Below, one piece after another: positions 55,442 to 64,000 of a stretch of 64,000 nucleotides of DNA; the stretch's first letter is position 1, and every line of letters starts with the position of its first letter. The notes below the pieces were generated by a model that was given only the letters and a program-made list of their open reading frames with translations, did no database searches and had not been told where the DNA came from. The position numbers and the translations under genes were made by a program. The stretch comes from Candidatus Nomurabacteria bacterium (GTDB lineage: Bacteria; Patescibacteriota; Minisyncoccia; Phycocordibacterales; UBA918). Location: positions 134,549-198,548 of the forward strand of contig JACKGF010000001.1 in assembly GCA_020632095.1 (NCBI GenBank). The letters are read 5' to 3'.

Positions 55442-56497
55442 ATGCCTGCCGAACTTAGAAGAAACCCCAATTCAGGTGCTACAACCATCATTGCTCCAGA
55501 ACGAGGCAAAACTCTTAAAGTACTGCAAAGATCAAGTCCTAGAGACTGGTCTAAATCTAACCAAGCCATAGTTTCAGGTAAAGAGTGCCCGTTTTGTGTT
55601 GGCCACGAAAAAATGACACCGGCCGAAATCAAAGCATACAGAAAAATCGGCACCAATCCAAACGAACCTGGCTGGAGTGTAAGGGTCATACCAAACATCG
55701 GTGCTGCTCTTGACCAAACCTTTCCTGGAGAATTAATTGAAGAGAGACAAGTTGGTCACCACCTAGCAACTCAGGGTTTCGGTTATCATTATGTGGTAGT
55801 TGAAACAACCGACCATATATCATGTATGGCTGACTATAGTCAACAAAACATGCATGATGTTGTACAGATGTGGCGTGACATGACTAACATGATTACAGGA
55901 GACAGAAACGTTAAGTACGTTGTGATTTTTCAGAATTCTGGTCCTGATGCGGGAGCTAGTCAACCCCACTGTCATAGTCAAATAGTTGGTTTGCCAGTGA
56001 TTCCTCCTAAAATACTTAACGAGTTACGAGGAGCAGAAAAGTATTACAGTGTTAATCTGGCCTGTATTTATTGTCAGATACTCACTGATGAAATTAGAAT
56101 GAATACTCGAATCGTAGAAATGAGCGAAAATTTTGTAGCTTGGTGTCCATACACATCAAGAACGCCATACAATGTGACAATTGGACCAAGAGAACATCAA
56201 AGCTACTTCGCGAACATTAGTACCCATCACAGCGAGAATCGTCTCGCAGAGTTTGCTCAACTCTTGCAAAATGTGTTAAAGCGCCTTAAGGTGACGCTCA
56301 ATGATGTTGATTACAATCTCTTCTTCCACACCGCTCCTTCAAACAACCCTTTAATGCCATACTATCATTGGCACTGTATGATTGAGCCAGTCACGACCGC
56401 CGTGATGGCAGGCTTTGAAAAAGGGTATGAAATTTTCCTTAATCCACGTTCACCGGAAGACGCTGCTGAAGACTTGAGAAGTGCAGTAATTTCTTGA
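55442..56497 (+). CDS. galT: galactose-1-phosphate uridylyltransferase (GalT-type HIT-family nucleotidyltransferase)
   Basis: 351 aa. Zn-site CPFCVGHE, HxHxQ motif QPHCHSQIVG, and a second half with HWHCMIEP. Confidence 0.8.
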   Translation: MPAELRRNPNSGATTIIAPERGKTLKVLQRSSPRDWSKSNQAIVSGKECPFCVGHEKMTPAEIKAYRKIGTNPNEPGWSVRVIPNIGAALDQTFPGELIEERQVGHHLATQGFGYHYVVVETTDHISCMADYSQQNMHDVVQMWRDMTNMITGDRNVKYVVIFQNSGPDAGASQPHCHSQIVGLPVIPPKILNELRGAEKYYSVNLACIYCQILTDEIRMNTRIVEMSENFVAWCPYTSRTPYNVTIGPREHQSYFANISTHHSENRLAEFAQLLQNVLKRLKVTLNDVDYNLFFHTAPSNNPLMPYYHWHCMIEPVTTAVMAGFEKGYEIFLNPRSPEDAAEDLRSAVIS

Positions 56498-56649
56498 ACA
56501 ACCAAGCAACCTTAAAGGGGCATCTCTATGCTCCTTTTCATTTTTACATATCAAAATCTATTAATTTGTGAAATAGAACTAATATGGTACTCTTCTTTTC
56601 GCAACTTGTTTCATACGAACACAATTATTCTCTAATTATTAACAAATTT

Positions 56650-57750
56650 ATGTCACTATCAGTCGGAATCGTAGGGTTACCAAACGTTGGAAAATCAACC
56701 TTATTTAACGCCTTAACAAAAAATTCGGTTCCAGCTGAAAACTATCCCTTTTGTACCATCGACCCATCGGTCGGAGTAGTAGCTGTACCTGATAGCCGAC
56801 TAGCTACTTTGTCGGGTATTTCTGGCTCAGAGGAAATTCTGCCGGCCATTGTGGAATTCGTTGACATTGCTGGACTAGTGAAAGGCGCTTCGGCTGGTGA
56901 AGGATTGGGCAACAAATTCCTAGCCAATATCCGTGAGACAGACATGATTGCGGAAGTAGTCCGAATTTTTGAAGATGGAGATATTCATCATGTCTCTGGT
57001 GGCGTTGATCCACTTGGTGATATTGAGGTTATCAATCTTGAGCTTATAATGGCTGATGGTGAGACGGTCGGAAAGAGACTAAATAATCTTGAGCGCGATG
57101 TAAAGCGTGGAGATAAATCAGCTGTAGCTGAAAAGGCAGTGATTGAAAAACTGATTCCACACTTAAGTAGCGGCCAGCTTGCTAATAGTCTTGATTTAAA
57201 TGAAGAAGAAAAGAAGTTGGTTAAAGGCCTTCATCTCTTGACGATGAAGCCATTCTTGTATGTTTGCAACAAGAAACAAGGCGCGTTTAATCTTGACGAA
57301 AATAATGACGATAGATGGAATGAATTGGTTGAGTTTTTTGAAACCAGTGGTTCCGAGTACGTAATTGTTGATGCTGGAATGGAACACGAGCTTAAAGACC
57401 TTAATGATGAAGAAAAAAATGAATTTCGTCGTGAATACGGAGCACAAGGTAGTGGGGTAGAAAGCTTAATTCGTGCTTGCTACAATCGTCTCGGATTAAT
57501 GAGTTACTTCACCACGGGAGAGAAAGAAACTCGAGCTTGGACAGTTCCAATTGGTAGTACTGGCCCTGAGGCTGGCGCAGCAATACATAGTGATTTTCAA
57601 ACTAAATACATCCGCGCGCAAGTAATTACTTTTGAAGATTTAGTAAAAGCTGGCTCCAAAACCAACGCTCGTGAACAAGGAAAACTACGTACTGAAGGCA
57701 AGGAATACATTGTGCAAGACGGTGACGTAATTGAGTTTTTACACTCATAA
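56650..57750 (+). CDS. ychF: ribosome-binding ATPase YchF (Obg-like GTPase family)
   Basis: ATG 56650 gives 366 aa starting MSLSVGIVGLPNVGKSTLFNALT (G1). G3 DIAGLVKGAS. C-terminal TGS domain (ETRAWTVPIGSTGPEAGAAIHSDFQTKYIRAQVI). Confidence 0.9.
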   Translation: MSLSVGIVGLPNVGKSTLFNALTKNSVPAENYPFCTIDPSVGVVAVPDSRLATLSGISGSEEILPAIVEFVDIAGLVKGASAGEGLGNKFLANIRETDMIAEVVRIFEDGDIHHVSGGVDPLGDIEVINLELIMADGETVGKRLNNLERDVKRGDKSAVAEKAVIEKLIPHLSSGQLANSLDLNEEEKKLVKGLHLLTMKPFLYVCNKKQGAFNLDENNDDRWNELVEFFETSGSEYVIVDAGMEHELKDLNDEEKNEFRREYGAQGSGVESLIRACYNRLGLMSYFTTGEKETRAWTVPIGSTGPEAGAAIHSDFQTKYIRAQVITFEDLVKAGSKTNAREQGKLRTEGKEYIVQDGDVIEFLHS

Positions 57751-57772
57751 ATTCAAGATTAAGATTTAGTTA

Positions 57773-57801
57773 AAAAAGTCGCCCTTTCGGGCGACTTTTT
57801 A
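57773..57801. terminator. bidirectional rho-independent terminator
   Basis: AAAAAAGTCGCCC-tttc-GGGCGACTTTTT between convergent genes. Confidence 0.75.
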
Positions 57802-58068
57802 ACTTAACTCTCCTGGAGGATTAGCTCTCTGGACTGGACTAACTATATTGGGATTCCATTCTGCAGCAATTTCACCGTTTTTTTCTTCAAATTCTTTTAC
57901 TTGATGTTCAAGATATTGTTGTAATCTTTTTGCGTGCTGTGGAGTAAGAGTGTAAATAGTCCCTTGATTGCCTGAAGTCATTCCTACCACGAAATACTCT
58001 GGTGTGTAAGCGACGTTGATACTTTCACAAAATAATTTCGGTGCCTTTTTTAAGTCTTCTTGTTTCAT
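57799..58068 (-). CDS. small conserved hypothetical protein (possibly DUF3467-like)
   Basis: 89 aa, no TM. The family name is a weak recollection, not a verified match. Confidence 0.4.
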   Translation of the reverse strand: MKQEDLKKAPKLFCESINVAYTPEYFVVGMTSGNQGTIYTLTPQHAKRLQQYLEHQVKEFEEKNGEIAAEWNPNIVSPVQRANPPGELS

Positions 58069-58125
58069 ATTTATCCATTATCTCACACCTTTACCTTTTC
58101 GTAAAAAAGCACATAATCTATAGAT

Positions 58126-59058
58126 ATGGAAAATCATACCGCAAAACATTTCGCCCTACAGCTTGGCTCATTAGTCAGTTTGTATTTAAGTTTAAGTTTC
58201 TTACTAGTTCTACTATTTGGATTAATCAATCTACTTTACCCAGACGCCGCTAACGGATACTATGAAACGGTAAGTGCCAACAGTTCGGTCAGAATCGGTA
58301 TTGCTATGGTGTTAGTATTTTTCCCAACCTACTTAACTTTGACTCGAATAGTAAACAATAATCGAAGGGATAGTAAGGATAGTAAATATTTAGGTCTAAC
58401 TAAGTGGCTAATTTATCTATCATTATTAATTGGCGGAGGAGCTTTACTTGGAGATTTAGTGGCTGTGATAATGATCTTTCTTGAAGGTGAAATCACTACC
58501 CGGTTTGTACTAAAAGCCTTAGCTGTCCTTCTGGTAGTTGGAGCCGCTTTCAATTACTATATTCTTGATGCTAAGGAATATTGGAAAAATCGTGAAAAAC
58601 AGTCCTTAATTTTTGCTGGTATTACAACGTTGTTTGTTGTTTTATCTGTCGGGTTTGGTTTTTCACACATTGAAACCCCTACAGCAGCAAGAGAAAAGAA
58701 GTTAGACCAGACCCAGATCTCTGACCTGCAGCAAATTCAGTGGCAAATTCAGGATTATGTCTCAATAAATGATGAGTTACCAGAAAGCATTGAACAAGTA
58801 TATGAGACCAACGCTAACAAAGTACCGACCGCCCCTGAAGCCAGAACAGCTTATCGTTACGAAGTGACAGACAAAGGTTTCAGCTTATGTGCCGATTTCG
58901 CCCAACCTTCAACCGGAGATGAATACCTGTACGGACCATCTCGAATCGATATGGCAAACGAAAAACAAATCCTTAACCCCGATAATTGGTCACATGGTGC
59001 TGGGGAGGTCTGTTTTGAACGGGTGATAAGTACAAGTCAAGAGAAATCTAATAATTAA
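58126..59058 (+). CDS. membrane protein (4 TM) with C-terminal extracytoplasmic domain, unknown function
   Basis: 310 aa. TMs at aa ~10-35, 55-75, 90-115, 125-145 and 160-180. Confidence 0.5.
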   Translation: MENHTAKHFALQLGSLVSLYLSLSFLLVLLFGLINLLYPDAANGYYETVSANSSVRIGIAMVLVFFPTYLTLTRIVNNNRRDSKDSKYLGLTKWLIYLSLLIGGGALLGDLVAVIMIFLEGEITTRFVLKALAVLLVVGAAFNYYILDAKEYWKNREKQSLIFAGITTLFVVLSVGFGFSHIETPTAAREKKLDQTQISDLQQIQWQIQDYVSINDELPESIEQVYETNANKVPTAPEARTAYRYEVTDKGFSLCADFAQPSTGDEYLYGPSRIDMANEKQILNPDNWSHGAGEVCFERVISTSQEKSNN

Positions 59059-59625
59059 CAACCCAGGGGTAGAACCCCTGAGTATACTTCCGGTGTATGA
59101 GCTATAGTAAACGGAGCTGTTCTGTCTGCTTCGTCTTTCCTTGGTTTCTTACGTATCTTTCAACTTGTTGCCAGCTTCCCTTTTCAGAGATAGTAGAAAT
59201 AAAGTAACCATCACTCCAAAATTCACCTCCCCACAACTCCTTCCGCAATTCAGGAAATTGCTTAAAGAGTTGTTTGGTTGTGATTGACTTAAACATACCC
59301 ACTATCTCACTACCACTGTATTTAGGATGGAATGAACACAGTATGTGAATGTGATCACCGTCAGTACCCAATTGTTCAAACCAAACGTCATAACGTTCTG
59401 TCATAGCAGCAGCAATTTCCCGAATTGCTCTGGTAATAGGTGGTTCTAACAGTGCTTTACGGTATTTCACAGGAAAGACTATGTGGTAGTGGGTATCGAA
59501 CACGCAGTGGTTACTTTTGACAATGCTCATACTCTTAGTTTAGTTGAAAACCTTAGGTTTTCAACTAAATTTTTATTATTTACATCAAAAACCTCCAGCT
59601 TGGAGGTTTTTGATGTAAATATTAC
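59058..59625 (-). mobile_element. IS200/IS605-family insertion sequence (tnpA only) with subterminal hairpins
   Basis: TnpA ORF plus a right-end hairpin CAGGGGT-aga-ACCCCTG (59064-80). Two perfect left-end palindromes: TTAGTTGAAAACC-TTAG-GTTTTCAACTAA (59538-68) and TTTACATCAAAAACCTCCA-gc-TGGAGGTTTTTGATGTAAA (59578-59618). Confidence 0.6.
59102..59530 (-). CDS. tnpA: IS200/IS605 family transposase TnpA (Y1 HuH transposase)
   Basis: 142 aa. HYHIVFPVKYRKALL, HuH motif HIHILCSF, and a C-terminal catalytic Tyr region (ERYVRNQGK). Confidence 0.85.
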   Translation of the reverse strand: MSIVKSNHCVFDTHYHIVFPVKYRKALLEPPITRAIREIAAAMTERYDVWFEQLGTDGDHIHILCSFHPKYSGSEIVGMFKSITTKQLFKQFPELRKELWGGEFWSDGYFISTISEKGSWQQVERYVRNQGKTKQTEQLRLL

Positions 59626-59701
59626 AGAACGTTGACTTTGGGGTTGAAAAATGGTAATAAGTCTAGCAAATTAGGCGTATTTTAGAAATTAAGGACAATT
59701 T

Positions 59702-60982
59702 ATGGTTATAAGTAACAAGGTTGTGGTGGTTGGGCTCGGATATGTTGGTTTGCCTTTGGCTTTACTGGCAGAACGAAAAGGACATAAGGTAACAGGAGTA
59801 GATACTGATCAATCAAAAATTGACCTTTTAAAAAACAAAAAAACTCCTTTCACTGACGAAATGGTGACTGACTTTCTGCCTGCATCAAAAATTGAACTGA
59901 CAACAGAATTTTCTTGTGTAAAAAACTCGGAAATAATAATCATCTGTGTTCCAACACCAGTTTACGAAAACCACCTACCTAATCTTGAGTTGGTTATTAA
60001 TGCTTCTACAAAGGTAGCTGAACAACTTCAAAAAGGACAGCTTATTATTCTTGAATCAACTGTAAATCCAGAAGTTTCAGAATCTGTCGTTTTACCTATC
60101 CTTGAGGAAGTTTCAGGCCTAAAAGGGGGCACAGATTTCTATCTAGCACACGCTCCAGAACGCATCAACCCCGGCGACCCAAAATGGAATGTTGAAAATA
60201 TCAACCGTGTAGTTGGCTCGTTTGAGTCGGTCGGACTTGAAAAGGCGGTCGCTTTCTATGAGAGTATTTTAACTGGCACTGTAAAAAGAATGGGCTCACT
60301 CAAGGAGGCTGAGGCTGTGAAGGTGGTTGAAAATTCATTTCGTGATATCAACATCGCCTTCGTAAACGAACTAGCTCGCTCATTCACTCGTCTTGGTATC
60401 GATATTGTAAACGTAATTGATGGAGCAGCCACAAAGCCTTTTGCCTTCATGGCTCACTACCCTGGCTGTGGAGTAGGAGGGCACTGTATACCGGTTGATC
60501 CATACTACCTGATCGAACACGCTAAGAAAAAAGGCTTTGACCATGATTTTCTTTCTCTGGCTCGTCGTATTAACAACGATATGCCACACTTTACCGTTGA
60601 AAGGGTAATCGAGGGGCTAAATGATGTAAAAATGGCTATCAATGGCTCAGTCGTGACGGTACTAGGAGTGTCATATAAGGCGAACATTGACGACTGTCGC
60701 GAAAGTCCGTCGTTTGAAATTATTAAACTACTTAAAGCCAAGGGGGCTGAAGTCAGAATTTACGATCCTTTTGTGGAAAGAGAATCAAACGTCACAGACC
60801 TTGAGTCTGCACTCAAAGGGGCAAACGCAGTTGTTCTGGCCACTGCTCATAAAGAATTCAAGACTATCAGTCCTGAGACCTATACAAAAGCGGGAGTTAA
60901 AGTGATGGTAGACGGAAGAAATGCGCTACCTAAAAACGAAATCGAGAAAGCAGGAATTATATATAAAGGTATAGGCCGATAA
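59702..60982 (+). CDS. nucleotide-sugar dehydrogenase (UDP-ManNAc/UDP-GlcNAc/UDP-Glc 6-dehydrogenase family, full length)
   Basis: 426 aa. KVVVVGLGYVGLPLAL, ICVPTPV, YLAHAPERINPG, catalytic Cys GGHCIPVDPYYL, and a C-terminal UDP-binding domain (VLGVSYKANIDDCRESPS). Confidence 0.85.
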   Translation: MVISNKVVVVGLGYVGLPLALLAERKGHKVTGVDTDQSKIDLLKNKKTPFTDEMVTDFLPASKIELTTEFSCVKNSEIIIICVPTPVYENHLPNLELVINASTKVAEQLQKGQLIILESTVNPEVSESVVLPILEEVSGLKGGTDFYLAHAPERINPGDPKWNVENINRVVGSFESVGLEKAVAFYESILTGTVKRMGSLKEAEAVKVVENSFRDINIAFVNELARSFTRLGIDIVNVIDGAATKPFAFMAHYPGCGVGGHCIPVDPYYLIEHAKKKGFDHDFLSLARRINNDMPHFTVERVIEGLNDVKMAINGSVVTVLGVSYKANIDDCRESPSFEIIKLLKAKGAEVRIYDPFVERESNVTDLESALKGANAVVLATAHKEFKTISPETYTKAGVKVMVDGRNALPKNEIEKAGIIYKGIGR

Positions 60983-60984
60983 GT

Positions 60985-62325
60985 ATGAATACATTAGTAA
61001 GAGCGGTTAGAAATATAGAGCTTCCGGAGTGGATACTAAAGACAGGAAATTTCTTACATAAGAAGCTTGGCAAGATAATGCTTTTTTCACTTTTTGTATC
61101 TCTTTTAACTTGTCTGGTTTTATACAAGGTTTTACTAATTTCTTCAAACGCCTCAATATCTTCATTCTGGACTTTCTACGGAATTGTAGTTTCATTATTT
61201 CTGATATCAAGAATCCCATACGCATATCTCTACAGTGATGAACACACAACCACCTATGCAGCCACCAAATACCCAACAGTCAGCGTTATTATTGCTGCTA
61301 AAAATGAAGAGGCAGGTATCTTTCGTACCATTGAGACTTGTGTGAACTCTGACTATCCTAGCAAAATTGAATGTATTGTTATCGACGATGGCTCAACCGA
61401 TAAGACACTAGCTGAAATGGAGAGAGCTCGTGAAAAGTACAAAGAAAAAATTAATGTTGTTTCATTTCCAGTCAATCAAGGTAAAAAAGAAGCTATGGCG
61501 GCTGGCGTAAAACTCGCAAATAATGAAATATTTATTTTTGTTGATTCTGATAGCTATTTAGCTCCAGATGCTATGAAGCACGCTGCAGAACACTTCATGG
61601 AAAATGAAAAGGTGGGGGCTGTATCAGGTAACACAAAGGTAGAAAATAAGAATGAGAATCTTCTAACCAGAATGCAGTCTATTCAGTACGCAATCTCCTT
61701 TGATATCTATAAAGCTTGTGAAAGTGTGCACGAGTCAGTAACATGCTGTCCTGGTTGTTTTTCGGCCTATCGTCGTGAGGCTATCAAGCCACTAATCGAG
61801 CACTGGAAAGACCAAACATTCTTTGGTATTAAAAGTACTTTTGGTGATGATCGCAGTTTGACCAACTTCGTACTAAGGTCTAAGTGGGATGTGGTTTACT
61901 GCGAAAAAGCCCGGGCTACCACCTTGGCTCCAACTACACTGGGAATGTACTGGAAGCAACAACTCCGTTGGAAAAAGTCATGGGTTAGGGAAGGAGTACT
62001 GGGTGGATTATTTATGTGGAAAAGAAAAAGTATTTTGGCCAGCTTGTCATTTTACATCCACTTTACATTCCCGTTCCTTGGACCAATTCTTGCCATTAAT
62101 GTACTAGTCTATAGTATTGCCACTAATAACATCCAGGTATTTCTACTATTTATAACTGGATTCGTTTTAATGGGCTTCATCTTTAGTGTGTTTGTCCGTT
62201 TGTATCGCAAGGCTGACAACTTCCTGATAATGCCACTCTTCTCTGTTTTTTTTGTCACAATCCTAATCTGGCAAATGCCGTACGCTATGTTAACTATCAA
62301 AAAAACTCACTGGGGAACCCGTTAA
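60985..62325 (+). CDS. processive family-2 glycosyltransferase (PgaC/IcaA/cellulose-synthase-like beta-glycan synthase)
   Basis: 446 aa. N-terminal TMs. DDGSTD, DSD (DxD), a TED-like motif, QQLRWKKSW (QxxRW), and C-terminal TMs. Confidence 0.8.
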   Translation: MNTLVRAVRNIELPEWILKTGNFLHKKLGKIMLFSLFVSLLTCLVLYKVLLISSNASISSFWTFYGIVVSLFLISRIPYAYLYSDEHTTTYAATKYPTVSVIIAAKNEEAGIFRTIETCVNSDYPSKIECIVIDDGSTDKTLAEMERAREKYKEKINVVSFPVNQGKKEAMAAGVKLANNEIFIFVDSDSYLAPDAMKHAAEHFMENEKVGAVSGNTKVENKNENLLTRMQSIQYAISFDIYKACESVHESVTCCPGCFSAYRREAIKPLIEHWKDQTFFGIKSTFGDDRSLTNFVLRSKWDVVYCEKARATTLAPTTLGMYWKQQLRWKKSWVREGVLGGLFMWKRKSILASLSFYIHFTFPFLGPILAINVLVYSIATNNIQVFLLFITGFVLMGFIFSVFVRLYRKADNFLIMPLFSVFFVTILIWQMPYAMLTIKKTHWGTR

Positions 62326-62335
62326 AAATTATTCT

Positions 62336-63844
62336 ATGTCACTCAAAAAACGAAAAATCATTACTTTGGTAGTAGGAGTCGCAATCATCGCAGTAGTTGG
62401 TTTGGTATACAAAAAGGCAGAAAACTTTCTGTTTATAATCCATTCTCACGCCTATCAATATGCGTACTTTCCATCTAAAGACATACTTGAAGCGCCATTA
62501 GCCGAAGGAACACCGGCTACCGCAGTTCCAATCCTTATGTATCACGGAGTCCGAGTAGTAGGGGAGCTGGGTACCAATACCGAAAGAGAAAGCTTTATTG
62601 AGCAAATGGAAATGCTGAAGCGGGAAGGCTATCAAACTATTTCTGTCGCTGAATATGATGCTTTTAGAGAAGGTGATTTTGTGTTACCAGCGAAACCAAT
62701 CATCATTACTTTCGATGATGGTCGCAAAGACAGCTTTTACACTGTCGACAATATCATTAAGAAGCTCGGTTTCAAAGCGACCAACTTTATTGCTTCCATC
62801 AAACCAAATGATAATGATCCTTTTTTCCTAACCTGGGATGAACTAAAAAGAGTTCAAGCTACTGGACGTTGGGAACTAGAGGCGCACGGTCGACACTCAC
62901 ACGATAAAGTAGTAATCGATGCCGACGGTAATGAAGGTCGTTACTTATCAGCTCTTATTTATGATCCGGAAACTGGCCTAGAAAGTATTGAGAATTTTGA
63001 AACGAGAGTAGAGCAGGATTATCTCGATGGACTACAAGACCTACGTACCAATCTTGGTATTGAAGCCAAATATTTTGCCGTACCACTAAATGACTACGGT
63101 AACCAAGACTCCAATTATGACGGGGGAATCACTTTCAATCGATACTTAAGTGATAAGTATTTTAAATTTTCATTTATCGAAAGTTCCGTCGAAAACAATG
63201 ATGTTTTAGAGACTTTTTACAACTACAAAAACTCAAACCCACACACCTTAAAAAGACTTGAGGTAATGAACATGTCTGCTGATCAGCTGAAATTTGCTCT
63301 TGATAAATTTGCCCCTGACAAGGCAAGAGCAGTCTTTCCTTTCGGCAATGAAAATGATCAAAAATTAAGTAAGATCCGCAGCATCTATGGTGTACTTACT
63401 AAGACTGATTCCGAGTTAAAGATTACTTCTGTAGAACCTTCAACTGCTGCCAGAGCCATTCTGGGTGATAAAGGTTGGCAAAATTACGTTTTTGAAGCTC
63501 AAATTGCCCGCGGACAAGTTCGTGAAGCCGCCGCAATTATCTACTACCTAGATGAAGACAATATGATAATTATGGACTGGGAAGATCATAATGTCAGTAT
63601 TAAGGAAAGAGTGGAAGGAACAGAGACTCATATAGCTGCCATTGATGACCCAATAGACACAGACATCAATGCTCACATCTCCATGTCTGTTAATAAAGGA
63701 CTGTTGAATGTTCATTTCAATGGAGTACAATTAGTTGACCAGTACGAAGTGCAAATTCCACGAGGCGCTCCTGCATTTGGTGTCTGGGATCCAAACGGAG
63801 GTGAGGTTAGATTAACCTCATTCTCAGTTACCAGTTTTGACTAA
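62336..63844 (+). CDS. polysaccharide deacetylase (NodB/CE4 domain, PgaB/IcaB-like) with C-terminal beta-rich domain
   Basis: 502 aa. N-terminal TM. NodB motifs IITFDDGRKDS and ELEAHGRHSH, with Asp and His positions in CE4 order. Confidence 0.7.
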   Translation: MSLKKRKIITLVVGVAIIAVVGLVYKKAENFLFIIHSHAYQYAYFPSKDILEAPLAEGTPATAVPILMYHGVRVVGELGTNTERESFIEQMEMLKREGYQTISVAEYDAFREGDFVLPAKPIIITFDDGRKDSFYTVDNIIKKLGFKATNFIASIKPNDNDPFFLTWDELKRVQATGRWELEAHGRHSHDKVVIDADGNEGRYLSALIYDPETGLESIENFETRVEQDYLDGLQDLRTNLGIEAKYFAVPLNDYGNQDSNYDGGITFNRYLSDKYFKFSFIESSVENNDVLETFYNYKNSNPHTLKRLEVMNMSADQLKFALDKFAPDKARAVFPFGNENDQKLSKIRSIYGVLTKTDSELKITSVEPSTAARAILGDKGWQNYVFEAQIARGQVREAAAIIYYLDEDNMIIMDWEDHNVSIKERVEGTETHIAAIDDPIDTDINAHISMSVNKGLLNVHFNGVQLVDQYEVQIPRGAPAFGVWDPNGGEVRLTSFSVTSFD

Positions 63845-63847
63845 CAA

Positions 63848-64000
63848 ATGAATAAAATTCTCACACCAATCATCATCCTAGTAACTCTAGCGGTTGCTAG
63901 TCTTACTGGCTTCCTAATCATCACTCAACCCAACATACAATACGCCACAGCTAGTTATGTGGACGAAATTATATCGAGTGATGTTTTTCAGGCAGGCCCT
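63848..64000 (+). CDS. 5' fragment of small membrane protein gene running off the window
   Basis: Starts MNKILTPIIILVTLAVASLTGFLIITQP, 3 nt after the deacetylase stop. PgaD-like position in the locus. Confidence 0.3.
   Translation, partial: MNKILTPIIILVTLAVASLTGFLIITQPNIQYATASYVDEIISSDVFQAGP

Noticed and set aside
1-64000. CRISPR arrays, rRNA genes, tmRNA/RNase P/SRP RNA
   Set aside because: No array of regularly spaced direct repeats was seen. No stretches with rRNA-like conserved cores. The non-coding gaps inspected (5848-6000, 17780-18220, 23177-23341, 36241-36400, 41340-41774, 52446-52505) lacked recognisable hallmark motifs of these RNAs.

Overview
The window is about 64 kb of low-GC (roughly 37-40%), densely coded bacterial DNA, with most genes on the + strand. 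Gene content and architecture suggest a small-genome Gram-positive-like or CPR/Patescibacteria-like organism; this is inference only. Contents by region: (1) 0.3-17.8 kb is a cell-surface locus. It holds three paralogous cohesin-like proteins, one carrying a clear type-I dockerin. It also holds a 2047-aa BNR/sialidase-like giant protein with two ~349-aa tandem repeats, a small protein that is a stand-alone copy of the giant protein's C-terminal domain (both end ...A(T/V)PVF), two DUF916-like paralogs, a LytR_C-like tail and a TlpA-like thioredoxin. (2) Housekeeping genes: AI-2E transporter, CapA-like, FKBP, tgt, uvrB, uvrA and a short uvrC. A tandem-REC response regulator, a Lys-rich 854-aa Ca-binding membrane protein and a histidine kinase sit between uvrB and uvrA. 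Further housekeeping genes are ddl, galE, galT, sppA and ychF. (3) A ~1.3-kb GC-rich island (~55% GC) carries a RelA/SpoT-type HD small alarmone hydrolase. A second GC-rich island carries lipoproteins. Both are bounded by strong terminators. (4) Two tRNA-Ala genes (TGC and GGC) flank a rhodanese gene. Each tRNA is followed by a terminator hairpin, an inverted copy of its own 3' end, a conserved ~70-nt block and a direct repeat of its 3' end. (5) An RND permease plus membrane-fusion adaptor pair, a eukaryotic-type phosphomannomutase, an IS200-family TnpA with terminal hairpins, and a PNAG-like exopolysaccharide locus (NDP-sugar dehydrogenase, QxxRW GT2 synthase, NodB deacetylase). No CRISPR array or rRNA was seen. 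All family assignments are motif-level readings of the translations; no searches were run.
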